From: an uncultured virus (IMG/VR IMGVR_UViG_3300001683_000027)
Taxonomy: Duplodnaviria; Heunggongvirae; Uroviricota; Caudoviricetes
DNA: 64,000 nt
IMG/VR virus record: IMGVR_UViG_3300001683_000027
Direction: 5' to 3' (one strand)
A program made the position numbers and the translations under genes. Every line of letters begins with the position of its first letter. Positions within the stretch are counted from its first letter, which is position 1. This document shows positions 1 through 7,658 of this stretch, in pieces. The notes beneath the pieces are model-generated. The model was not told the origin of the DNA, searched no databases, and saw only the letters and a program-made list of their open reading frames with translations.

Positions 1-1668
1 GATCTCAAGATCCATTAGGTCTTCTGCTGACTCTGCTGCAGGTTGTGCTTTTCTAATGCGATCTGAATTCGAGTCTATATCAACTACATCTGTAGTCAAA
101 GCAGATTTTTCTGCCGGGTAGCTGACCTGGCCAGATTTGATCAAATCAACTAACTCGTCTAGGGTCACAGATATCTTCTCACCACTATTAGTGGTGACGT
201 TGAACTTCTTGTCGGATGATGAATCAGATGATGCTGTGTCTATACCCAAAGCAGATTGTGCGGCCGCTTTACTGACCTCGCGAGATGAAACCAAATCAGT
301 TAACTCGTCTTTGGTCACAGATATCTTCTCACCACTAATAGTGGTGACGTTGAACTTCTTGGCAGCTTCTGCTTCTGCCGCGGCCGCGTCGAGTGCGACT
401 TTTGCCGCTTCGAGCGTTACCTGCCCTTCACCGATCATATCAACTAACTCGTCTGGGGTCACAGACATCTCCTCACCANNNNNNNNNNNNNNNNNNNNNN
501 NNNNNNNNNNNNNNNNNNNNNNNNNNNNNNNNNNNNNNNNNNNNNNNNNNNNNNNNNNNNNAATAGACGCCACACCCCGCTTGACTATCTGTACGATTTT
601 ATTAGGAATGTCGACAATAAAATCAAACATGTCGTTAAACGCATCTCGGATCGACGTTAGGACATCGTTAATGCTATCAGCAATAATCTTCTGAAAGTCT
701 ATGTTGTCTAGTTCTTTTTCAACAAGGTCGAAACCAAACAGGCCTGCGATAGTCGATATCGCACTCTTAACGAAGTTTAGAGGTGCACCGATCAGGGTTG
801 AAAAAAATGTTGCAGTCAATGCTTGCAAAGCGTCCATGATGGATCCTGTTTCCATGAACACATCGACAGCATCTTGTAAACCTTTGTACAGCGCATAGAG
901 TGCTACCCCAATAGCGACCAATGGCAAAAGACCAATGCCGAGAAAGGAGAGAACAGACGATACAGCTGCTCCCATAGCCACAAGAGCAAGACCGAGAAAG
1001 GAGAGAACAGACGATACAGCTGCTCCCATAGCCACAAGAGCAGGTCCGATTCCTGCGAGACTCGTCATCAATACACCTAGCGAAGATAATATGCTTCCAG
1101 CAATGCCTATACTTTTAATCACCAATAAAAGAGTAGCACCAATAGCAATGAAAGGATTATTCGTGATGAACTCTTTAAGTCCTTCATAATCACCATCTAA
1201 TATTCCAGCGATGGCAGTAACAGCATCGTTAAAGACTTCCATCGCACCGCCCAACAGTTCGATTGCCGTCTCAGGACTAAGGAACAATGTTAGTAATCCA
1301 GCGATACTAGCTCCCTTCGCGACATTCCCGACCATATCCATGACCGAGTCACTGAACGATTCTAGGCCTTTGCCAACACCCTCAAGGGTGTCAATCAGTC
1401 GTTCCCATACACCGTTTTGTTCTCGCCGGTCTTCTTCTTTCTCAGTATCCGCGGGCCCAGTATCGTCGTCGTTGTCCTGTTCTAGCGGCGCGATCAACGG
1501 CATCATCGGATTACTGATGAGGTCGACCGTGGCAATCAGAGAGACAGTCAGACTTTCATTCAATGCGACCATCAGTTCCTTAACAGACCGCAATGAATGC
1601 GTTCCGCTATTCCTGTTTAGATCACCCTCTTTCTTTAACCTTATGATCACATCAGCAAGAGTTGCCAC
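1..1668 (-). CDS. Tape-measure-like / baseplate hub protein (gp29 position); 3' end runs off the window, interrupted by an N gap
   Basis: Read manually, absent from ORF track. GTG at 1668 with SD AGGA, MATLADVIIRLKKEGDLNRNSG..., long Ala/Gly/Leu-rich helical stretch. Frame is open on both sides of the gap. Lies directly downstream of gp26/gp51. Confidence 0.65.
   Translation of the reverse strand, partial: MATLADVIIRLKKEGDLNRNSGTHSLRSVKELMVALNESLTVSLIATVDLISNPMMPLIAPLEQDNDDDTGPADTEKEEDRREQNGVWERLIDTLEGVGKGLESFSDSVMDMVGNVAKGASIAGLLTLFLSPETAIELLGGAMEVFNDAVTAIAGILDGDYEGLKEFITNNPFIAIGATLLLVIKSIGIAGSILSSLGVLMTSLAGIGPALVAMGAAVSSVLSFLGLALVAMGAAVSSVLSFLGIGLLPLVAIGVALYALYKGLQDAVDVFMETGSIMDALQALTATFFSTLIGAPLNFVKSAISTIAGLFGFDLVEKELDNIDFQKIIADSINDVLTSIRDAFNDMFDFIVDIPNKIVQIVKRGVASIXXXXXXXXXXXXXXXXXXXXXXXXXXXXGEEMSVTPDELVDMIGEGQVTLEAAKVALDAAAAEAEAAKKFNVTTISGEKISVTKDELTDLVSSREVSKAAAQSALGIDTASSDSSSDKKFNVTTNSGEKISVTLDELVDLIKSGQVSYPAEKSALTTDVVDIDSNSDRIRKAQPAAESAEDLMDLEI
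148..478. repeat. Three imperfect ~145-150 bp-period repeats (KKFNVTTxSGEKISVTxDELxD) in the tape-measure-like gene
   Basis: aactcgtct..ggtcacagatatcttctcaccacta.tagtggtgacgttgaacttcttg at ~150 and ~300; third copy at ~441 cut by the gap. Confidence 0.9.
479..561. other. Assembly gap (N run)
   Basis: Run of n, next to ~150-bp repeats. Confidence 1.
938..1042. repeat. 54-bp tandem duplication (18 aa, ALVAMGAAVSSVLSFLG)
   Basis: ccgagaaaggagagaacagacgatacagctgctcccatagccacaagagca starts at 938 and 992. Confidence 0.95.
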
Positions 1669-1673
1669 GTTTA

Positions 1674-1865
1674 TTATCCTTTGTTTTGTTTCCGTTTAAT
1701 CTTGTCGTTTTCTTCTTTGACGTAATTAGATAACAACGCCACGTATACTTGTCTTTCCCATGGTAGTAATCCGTCCAGTTCTGTTAACGAATACTGATGG
1801 TGTTGCATCATAGCGAAGTTTGTTTGATAATAATTCTCAATCGATTCATGGGAAAGACCTACTAA
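1674..1865 (-). CDS. gp51: Baseplate hub assembly catalyst gp51-like; probably reached by -1 frameshift from gp26
   Basis: Manual translation LVGLSHESIENYYQTNFAMMQHHQYSLTELDGLLPWERQVYVALLSNYVKEENDKIKRKQNKG*. Typical gp51 motif (YY.TNF.MMQHH.YSL.E...L.PWER). No start codon upstream of the conserved part. Confidence 0.8.
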   Translation of the reverse strand, partial: LVGLSHESIENYYQTNFAMMQHHQYSLTELDGLLPWERQVYVALLSNYVKEENDKIKRKQNKG

Positions 1866-2572
1866 AAAAAATTCTTGAGGCCTGTAATAGTCTCGTTGTT
1901 TTTCTCACCACATTTGCTACAGACAAACTCAACAAATAGTCCAATCTTTGGCATGCCCTGTATAAATTCTGACATTCTCTCGAATTGCTTACTAGACAGT
2001 CCGTCGACGAATTCCATTAATTCATCTCTGGTGGAATCCTCTGCAGGATATACTGCTGATTCATCATAGATCGACTCGATGCATCCAATCAGTGTCTCGA
2101 ATGCCATATCTGTTTGTCCTAGGTCATCCCCGCGCGAGAGAAGTGCGACAGACGCCTCGAACTTAGGATACTGCATAACAATACCCACATCGTCTGTCAG
2201 TGCTATCTTGTTTGATTTCGCCTCAGTTTCAGTAAGTTTGGCCTCTTCTAAGTTTATCGTTACTGGTTCATACTCTTCGCACTCGCTACATTTTATCTGG
2301 ACATCAGAAGTTTCACCAACAGACTTTGCTCGGATCTGTAGGAACAGATATTCAAAATCAAACAGTGTTAGTTTAGAAACGTCGAGTTCGCTAGTGACGC
2401 ATGAAGCGATAAGATCTCTGGTTGCGCGGATCATTGCGTGTTCGTCACCTGATTCTTTTGCAAGTAGCAGGGTCTTTTGTTCCTTTACGATAAACGGTCT
2501 ATACTCAATCAAATCGTTTGTTGATGGAACGTTCAGGGTGTAGGATGGTGATTGTATCTTAGGTAGTGCCAT
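1862..2572 (-). CDS. gp26: Baseplate hub assembly chaperone gp26-like
   Basis: MALPKI..P.Y.L..PS....YRPF.VKE.K.LL.A; FDFEYLFLQIRAKSVGE; two CxxC pairs; ends GLKNFF. Confidence 0.9.
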   Translation of the reverse strand: MALPKIQSPSYTLNVPSTNDLIEYRPFIVKEQKTLLLAKESGDEHAMIRATRDLIASCVTSELDVSKLTLFDFEYLFLQIRAKSVGETSDVQIKCSECEEYEPVTINLEEAKLTETEAKSNKIALTDDVGIVMQYPKFEASVALLSRGDDLGQTDMAFETLIGCIESIYDESAVYPAEDSTRDELMEFVDGLSSKQFERMSEFIQGMPKIGLFVEFVCSKCGEKNNETITGLKNFF

Positions 2573-2584
2573 TATAATAATGCC

Positions 2585-3136
2585 TCATGATTTTGATGAA
2601 AGTACAGTATATCTATCATATGCGAACGTCACTGTTATTCTAACAATCTCGTCCGCACCGTTTGAAAAATCAACAGCGTTTAATGTTGTAGGAAAGGCCT
2701 GTTCTAGATTGACTCCGTAGGCATGTTCGCCTTTTCTTGACAGTGGTCTTATTTTGATGTCGTGAGCAAAATGTTCTCGTTTGCTGTCGGACGGATCACT
2801 ATTCTTATACCCAACCCTGTATTTGTCTGTGTCTATGATGTTTTTCATCCATTTATCGAAATACTTGCGAATGTTATAATCCTTAGTTTCTAGGAAGGTC
2901 ATAGTAACATCGTCTTCGATGTATGAGTATGGATATTTCTTGAGTTGTGAACCATTCGGATATTCGGATGTTGAGATGTTTCTGCCAGGTAGAGTGACGG
3001 CATCACATAGTAACTCAAGTTGATCGAGATTAAGTCCATACGTCACAGGTAGTTCTACCTTATATCTGTTTGCGAATGATGGAGCAAAAGCTAAGATTCG
3101 CCCCATCGCTGTAGTTGGCACCCCTAATTGTGACAT
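2585..3136 (-). CDS. gp54: Baseplate-tail tube initiator (gp54; gp19-like fold)
   Basis: NRYKVELP, LCDAVTLPGRNI, FDKWM, AFPTTLNAVDFS, ITVTFAYD; synteny between gp2 and gp26. Confidence 0.75.
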   Translation of the reverse strand: MSQLGVPTTAMGRILAFAPSFANRYKVELPVTYGLNLDQLELLCDAVTLPGRNISTSEYPNGSQLKKYPYSYIEDDVTMTFLETKDYNIRKYFDKWMKNIIDTDKYRVGYKNSDPSDSKREHFAHDIKIRPLSRKGEHAYGVNLEQAFPTTLNAVDFSNGADEIVRITVTFAYDRYTVLSSKS

Positions 3137-3720
3137 TAGATCATTTTCCTCGAATCTCTGTATACTTGATTTTGAGTACCCTTCGCCCAGTCGGCAGTAG
3201 GTAGAAACGTCGCGATTTCATATTCTGGAGCGGACACTTTAGCGAAGTTGCCTCTCACATGTTCATTTAGGTAATGCTTGAAACATGGTTTGAAATATTT
3301 CATCTTCGCCGAACGTTGTAATAGATTATACGATAGTCTGAATTTGGTAGCGTCATTGTATTTATTGTTAGACATGATATCGAGTAGTGCATCTAGAAAC
3401 TTCGCGCGCAATACGAGAGGTAGATAATGTAGATTCAATCCGTAGAATCCATCTTTCGCTGGACCGACGACAATGACAAGAGGAAATTTATCGTAGTACG
3501 GAAGCGTCGCCGCATGCTTCGGGGAATAGAAAAAATAGTACATGTGTCCAACGATCTCGTTACTCGTTCGAGTCAGTGGTTCTTCTTTCATCAACCGCTT
3601 TCGATTGATACTGGTCATCGTCTTCGCTTTCTTCTGGAACCACGCTCTGGACGACTTGGTGCGGGGCGTGATCCCTTTACGAAATGCTTCGATTTCTAAT
3701 GTCTGGAATAGTGATGACAT
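3136..3720 (-). CDS. gp2: DNA end protector protein
   Basis: GHMYYFFYSPKH..TLPYYDKFPLV, FYGLNLHYLP, FKPCFKHYL..HV, IATFLPTA. Confidence 0.92.
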   Translation of the reverse strand: MSSLFQTLEIEAFRKGITPRTKSSRAWFQKKAKTMTSINRKRLMKEEPLTRTSNEIVGHMYYFFYSPKHAATLPYYDKFPLVIVVGPAKDGFYGLNLHYLPLVLRAKFLDALLDIMSNNKYNDATKFRLSYNLLQRSAKMKYFKPCFKHYLNEHVRGNFAKVSAPEYEIATFLPTADWAKGTQNQVYRDSRKMI

Positions 3721-4247
3721 TACTTATTTTTACACCTATCGAAATGATATTTTTTTGCGTTACTTGAATCCATTGTTTTGCTACAATGCGGACATGTCAA
3801 TCTTTTTTTATTTTTTGCAGATGCACTTAATTTCTCTTTTGAAGACGTACTGTGCGTCTTCCCTTTGAACGAGAATTCTTCTTGAGTTTTCATTCTAGAT
3901 CGAAGATACTCTATGTGTTCTTCAGGATGAACTTTTGGTTTTCTCAATTTTTGTTTATGCTCTTCTGACAATGGTCTACCTTTCAATGCTTTCGATATTT
4001 TTCGTTTATGCTCTTCTGACATTGGTCCGCGAGGTCTAGATATCAAAGAACGAATCATGTCTTCCTTTCCTATTCCTCCCGATAAACCTAACCATGCCAA
4101 CTCATCCTGCCACCGGCCGTACATACAGAATAACTCCCAATGTTCTTGGGCGTGTTGTTCTATTGTAAGTGCTATGATGTTGTCTGGATGATCTGTTCCT
4201 CCGACGTGCTTGGGAACGATGTGGTGATCGTGCGTATAAATAGTCAT
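3720..4247 (-). CDS. Free-standing HNH homing endonuclease with NUMOD3-like repeats and C-terminal CPHC zinc motif
   Basis: HHIVPKHVGGTDHPDNIIALTIEQHAQEH; SEEHKRKIS / SEEHKQKL repeats; TCPHC...HFDRCK. Confidence 0.88.
   Translation of the reverse strand: MTIYTHDHHIVPKHVGGTDHPDNIIALTIEQHAQEHWELFCMYGRWQDELAWLGLSGGIGKEDMIRSLISRPRGPMSEEHKRKISKALKGRPLSEEHKQKLRKPKVHPEEHIEYLRSRMKTQEEFSFKGKTHSTSSKEKLSASAKNKKRLTCPHCSKTMDSSNAKKYHFDRCKNK
4235..4242 (+). promoter_or_regulatory. T4-type late promoter, antisense to and overlapping the HNH N-terminal codons
   Basis: TATAAATA exact. Confidence 0.55.
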
Positions 4248-4308
4248 TGCTGGTACTCCTCATAAGTATTAGTGCCAGTGGGTGTGCCAACACCGCGACT
4301 GGTATCTT

Positions 4309-4316
4309 TATTTATA
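4309..4316 (-). promoter_or_regulatory. T4-type late promoter for the HNH-gp2-gp54-gp26 unit
   Basis: TATAAATA on minus strand; second copy at 4351-4358. Confidence 0.8.
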
Positions 4317-4361
4317 CTAATTTGTTCTTTATAAAGTACTTTCATGGATGTATTTATACTG

Positions 4362-4430
4362 TTAAATCAACGACTTATAGTCTATTGTGGTTTTAGACGA
4401 AATCGACGATAATAGTTATATAACAAATTA
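4362..4430 (+). promoter_or_regulatory. Sigma70-like early promoter with upstream IHF box (copy 1)
   Basis: AATCAACGACTTA (WATCAANNNNTTR) 4365-4377; TTGTGG-17bp-GATAAT 4385-4413. Confidence 0.7.
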
Positions 4431-4443
4431 GAGAAGAAGTGAA

Positions 4444-4611
4444 ATGAATAAAATGCAATTTGATAAATTAGACGCTGCAATGGTTTTGTATACGATGAAA
4501 GAATCAAAAGTTTTGGATGTGACATTAGCGCAGTATTTAAAATTGCAATATCAAACTTTTGGTTTCGATGCTTGCGAAGAACCAGAAATGATTGCTGAAC
4601 TTGAATCATAA
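4444..4611 (+). CDS. Small hypothetical early protein (55 aa)
   Basis: Manual ORF MNKMQFDKLDAAMVLYTMKES...; directly after promoter copy 1. Confidence 0.6.
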   Translation: MNKMQFDKLDAAMVLYTMKESKVLDVTLAQYLKLQYQTFGFDACEEPEMIAELES

Positions 4612-4619
4612 AAACTCTA

Positions 4620-4688
4620 TTAAATCAACGACTTAGCGACTATTGCTATTTTAGACGAAATCGACGATAATAGTTATATAACAAATTA
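4620..4688 (+). promoter_or_regulatory. Sigma70-like early promoter with upstream IHF box (copy 2)
   Basis: AATCAACGACTTA 4623-4635; TTGCTA-17bp-GATAAT 4643-4671; 40 bp identical to copy 1. Confidence 0.7.
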
Positions 4689-4696
4689 AAGAACAA

Positions 4697-4924
4697 GTGA
4701 AAAAGATGACCCCAAGAACACCGACCCAGATGAGAACAGCAAAATTACTTAAAGAGGCGAGTCTCATCGCGGAAGAAATAAATCTCGGCCGTTTTGCGGA
4801 TAAGGTTCCGAATGCTACACTAACGGTTCGATTGACAGAAATACTAGATCTGGTAATCGATCTCAATAATAGTTTGACTTTTATCCCACTAGTCAATGAA
4901 TACGCATCTAACGAAGGTTGTTAA
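4697..4924 (+). CDS. Hypothetical early protein
   Basis: ORF directly after promoter copy 2. Confidence 0.55.
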   Translation: MKKMTPRTPTQMRTAKLLKEASLIAEEINLGRFADKVPNATLTVRLTEILDLVIDLNNSLTFIPLVNEYASNEGC

Positions 4925-5129
4925 GAACATGAGCGACGCACTTCAGAATTTCACCCCTAAGGTCGCAGTCGGCAAGTTTACTGCCGGATATATTGTCACA
5001 CCGGGCGTACGGAATTGTTGGTGTATTCTCAACAAAAACACTGGTGAACTTGTTTACGCGTCACAAAATAACATGAGTGCGGCACATCGCGACGCGACCC
5101 GCATGTATGACATAGAGAGGGTACAATAA
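4896..5129 (+). CDS. Hypothetical protein (start may be ATG 4929)
   Basis: ORF in a co-oriented cluster. Confidence 0.5.
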   Translation: MNTHLTKVVKNMSDALQNFTPKVAVGKFTAGYIVTPGVRNCWCILNKNTGELVYASQNNMSAAHRDATRMYDIERVQ

Positions 5130-5130
5130 G

Positions 5131-5592
5131 ATGCCAACACTAACTCTAATGGCTGGAGCCGCTGGTTCAGGCAAAAGTTGGGCACGAGAGAACGATGTCG
5201 ATCTGGTTGCGCTGCCTGTTGTCGATAGCGACGACATCAAAAAAGAGCATCCCGACTTCGATCCCAAGCAACCCCATCTTATCCACGAATGGTCAAGCGT
5301 CGAGGCAACCCGTCGATTTTACGGCAAACTTGCTGATGGCGAGTCATTCATCTTCGACGGCACCGGCACCAATGCTGAGAAGTACATTTCGATGATAAAC
5401 GAAGCGCATCGTGCTGGATTCAATGTCGCCGTTGTCTACGTCAAGGTGACACTCGCTACCTCGCTGAAGCGTAATGCAGAGCGTGAGCGCACTGTGCCTG
5501 AATACGTTGTCCGCGAACAGCACTCACTCCTGCCGTTTGCAATCCAGATCATTCGGGATGCGGCTGACAATTTCAGAATCATCAACAACTGA
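5131..5592 (+). CDS. P-loop kinase (AAA_33 / zeta-toxin / PNK-kinase-like)
   Basis: Walker A GAAGSGKS; VVDSDDIK; FIFDGTG; lid RNAERERTVPE. Confidence 0.85.
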   Translation: MPTLTLMAGAAGSGKSWARENDVDLVALPVVDSDDIKKEHPDFDPKQPHLIHEWSSVEATRRFYGKLADGESFIFDGTGTNAEKYISMINEAHRAGFNVAVVYVKVTLATSLKRNAERERTVPEYVVREQHSLLPFAIQIIRDAADNFRIINN

Positions 5593-5626
5593 GTACAACA
5601 CTGTGTTTTACCAAAAGAATAGAACA

Positions 5627-5869
5627 ATGAAAGTGATAAAAGCCGAAAGCTCTAGTGTGAGTTATGTTAACGGAGCTGCTGGACGGTTATCTGCAACATA
5701 CCACGCGGTAGATTCAGACGGTAATATAGCCGCTAGTTTTAGACCCGGTGATGTCCGAGGTGGCAGAGTGTTTAGAGATGCTAATGGTAAAATTCAACGC
5801 ACCTCCCCTATTTTTACACTAAAGCAGTTTAGGGAGTGGGCAGCAGCTAACACCACTACAAATTCATAA
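5627..5869 (+). CDS. Hypothetical protein (MKVIKAESS...)
   Basis: Start context aatagaacaATGaaagt is shared with the next gene. Confidence 0.55.
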   Translation: MKVIKAESSSVSYVNGAAGRLSATYHAVDSDGNIAASFRPGDVRGGRVFRDANGKIQRTSPIFTLKQFREWAAANTTTNS

Positions 5870-5883
5870 AGAGGAATAGAACA

Positions 5884-6195
5884 ATGAAAGTTAAACGAAT
5901 AGACGTCGGCTCAGTGAGCAATATATTTATTGGACGCAACGAGCAAGACTTTGACGCTGAAGCGAAAAGGATCATCGACAAGGGTCATGCTGATGGCAAG
6001 TCTGTCACTGTTAAAGGTGTCAAGACACATCACCATTTTGAAGCAATCGTAGACTTCAATAAGTCAGGAGCGGATCAATACACCTGGGATAAATCAGGTG
6101 ATCGGGTTAAGGGCAACATTGTCGAATACACCAACCAGAAAGACGGCTCAGTAACAAAACGAACTGTCAGGACAACGTACAGGAGTTACGAATAG
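5884..6195 (+). CDS. Hypothetical protein
   Basis: SD GAGG; 103-aa ORF. Confidence 0.6.
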   Translation: MKVKRIDVGSVSNIFIGRNEQDFDAEAKRIIDKGHADGKSVTVKGVKTHHHFEAIVDFNKSGADQYTWDKSGDRVKGNIVEYTNQKDGSVTKRTVRTTYRSYE

Positions 6196-6469
6196 TGAAT
6201 TTTGACATTCAGAACATACCGCCAGGGATCAGATTACCTAATGGCGCAATCGTTATCAGCTCCAAGCTGGTGGAAGTATGGCGGGGGATGACCACGTTGT
6301 TTATCTAGGCTTATTGGACAATAACAAAGCAACGCAACGCCTTTTGCTACGTGGACAGCTAGAGATCGCGACCCAGAGTCAACCACGCAGGGGCATTATC
6401 ACCCCATACTCGACGAAGCCCTGGCAGACTTTAACCAGAGAACCTAACCCAACAACAGCAGGAATAAAT

Positions 6470-6706
6470 ATGGTGAATATAACAAATCTAGCAGCAGCAG
6501 CACTCCACGCTCACGCAACACTGTTGATCGAGTTGAATGGAACGGTTGCCCATAAACAGCTGCGCAAGGAAGCAGACAGACTTGAGAAATTAGGAGTCGA
6601 TCACCAGGACGTTTATAACGCACTCTTTAGCGTTGAAAATTTAGTTATCGCAACCGGCGGTACGGACGAAAGGCCGCCGTACAGTAAAACGCACCCACCC
6701 ACATAG
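6470..6706 (+). CDS. Hypothetical protein (MVNITNLAAAALH...)
   Basis: SD AGGA before ATG 6470; part of the longer ORF 6278-6706. Confidence 0.45.
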   Translation: MVNITNLAAAALHAHATLLIELNGTVAHKQLRKEADRLEKLGVDHQDVYNALFSVENLVIATGGTDERPPYSKTHPPT

Positions 6707-6728
6707 GAATAGAACAGAAACAAGTAAT

Positions 6729-7064
6729 ATGACTAAAAAATACGAACAACAATTCGAACCGATGCCCGTGGGATCAGTTCAGGAGGAGATAAAGCGTCTA
6801 CGCTTAAACGTCATTCTCCATTCATGCATTTACTACCAGATGGACGTAAATATATGGGACGATATAACCTTTGATTTCAAATGTAAGCGTCTTGTAGATC
6901 TTCTCGCGAAGCATCCGAATGTTTATAGTGACCGATTTGATAGATACTTCGAGGGTTGGGACGGCAGTTCAGGTTTTCACTTTCCACATCGTGATCCATG
7001 GGTTCACGGTAAAGCAGAAATGATGGTGAAACGACATGAGACATCTCTTGAGTTAGCATTATGA
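6729..7064 (+). CDS. Stand-alone NAD+-dependent DNA ligase subdomain Ia-like protein
   Basis: EEIKRLR..VILHSCIYYQMDVNIWDDITFD....RLVDL...HP resembles LigA Ia (H...YY..D.P.ISD..YD.L..EL..LE..HP). Confidence 0.65.
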   Translation: MTKKYEQQFEPMPVGSVQEEIKRLRLNVILHSCIYYQMDVNIWDDITFDFKCKRLVDLLAKHPNVYSDRFDRYFEGWDGSSGFHFPHRDPWVHGKAEMMVKRHETSLELAL

Positions 7065-7627
7065 AAATTCTATATTTACATGGTTTTGGTAGTCAATTCG
7101 ATTCACTCTCCGATAAGATAATCGCTCTAGATCAACTCGGTGAAGTTGTGGGGGTCGATCTCTTCTATGATGAAGGATACAATAGGACGGTTGCCCGAGC
7201 AACCCGTTCCATCTTACATCATAAACCAGACTTGCTTGTCGGAACATCGATGGGTGGTTACTTAGTTGCCGCTATGGGTGCGAACTTTGGCATTCCGTTT
7301 GTCTCGCTGAACCCCGCTATTAATCCTTCGAATAATCTTAAGAAGTACATAGGGATCAACACTGACTACACCGGAAGGAAATACGACTTAACAGAAGGAA
7401 CAGTTGATAGTTATCCGAACTTTTGTAACGATGGTTATGGCTTGGTGTTACATAGTTTGGGTGATGAGGTCATACCTGTTGAAGAAACAATGGAGTGGTC
7501 TGCCGGTGATCGCAACCAAATCAAAACCGTCGCGTTGTCGGGTGGAGACCACAGATTCTCTAACATATCAGACGCAATACCATTTATCAAGACGTTTTAT
7601 AATATGGCAGAAACATCTTACTTATAA
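7061..7627 (+). CDS. YqiA/YcfP (UPF0227) alpha/beta-hydrolase esterase
   Basis: ILYLHGFGS; GTSMGG nucleophile elbow; LNPAI; GDEVI; GGDHRF. Confidence 0.9.
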   Translation: MKILYLHGFGSQFDSLSDKIIALDQLGEVVGVDLFYDEGYNRTVARATRSILHHKPDLLVGTSMGGYLVAAMGANFGIPFVSLNPAINPSNNLKKYIGINTDYTGRKYDLTEGTVDSYPNFCNDGYGLVLHSLGDEVIPVEETMEWSAGDRNQIKTVALSGGDHRFSNISDAIPFIKTFYNMAETSYL

Positions 7628-7630
7628 ATA
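7623..7630 (+). promoter_or_regulatory. T4-type late promoter
   Basis: TATAAATA 28 nt upstream of ORF 7659. Confidence 0.8.
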
Positions 7631-7658
7631 AACTCTTTATGCGCGTGTTTAAAAACAT

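Noticed and set aside
137..1699. Plus-strand ORFs (137-694, 701-898, 935-1189, 1211-1699)
   Set aside because: Antisense shadows of the minus-strand tape-measure-like gene.
6195..6469. Short ORF 6195-6308 and the 5' extension of 6278-6706
   Set aside because: Fragmentary with ambiguous starts; possibly decayed genes, but not supportable from the sequence alone.
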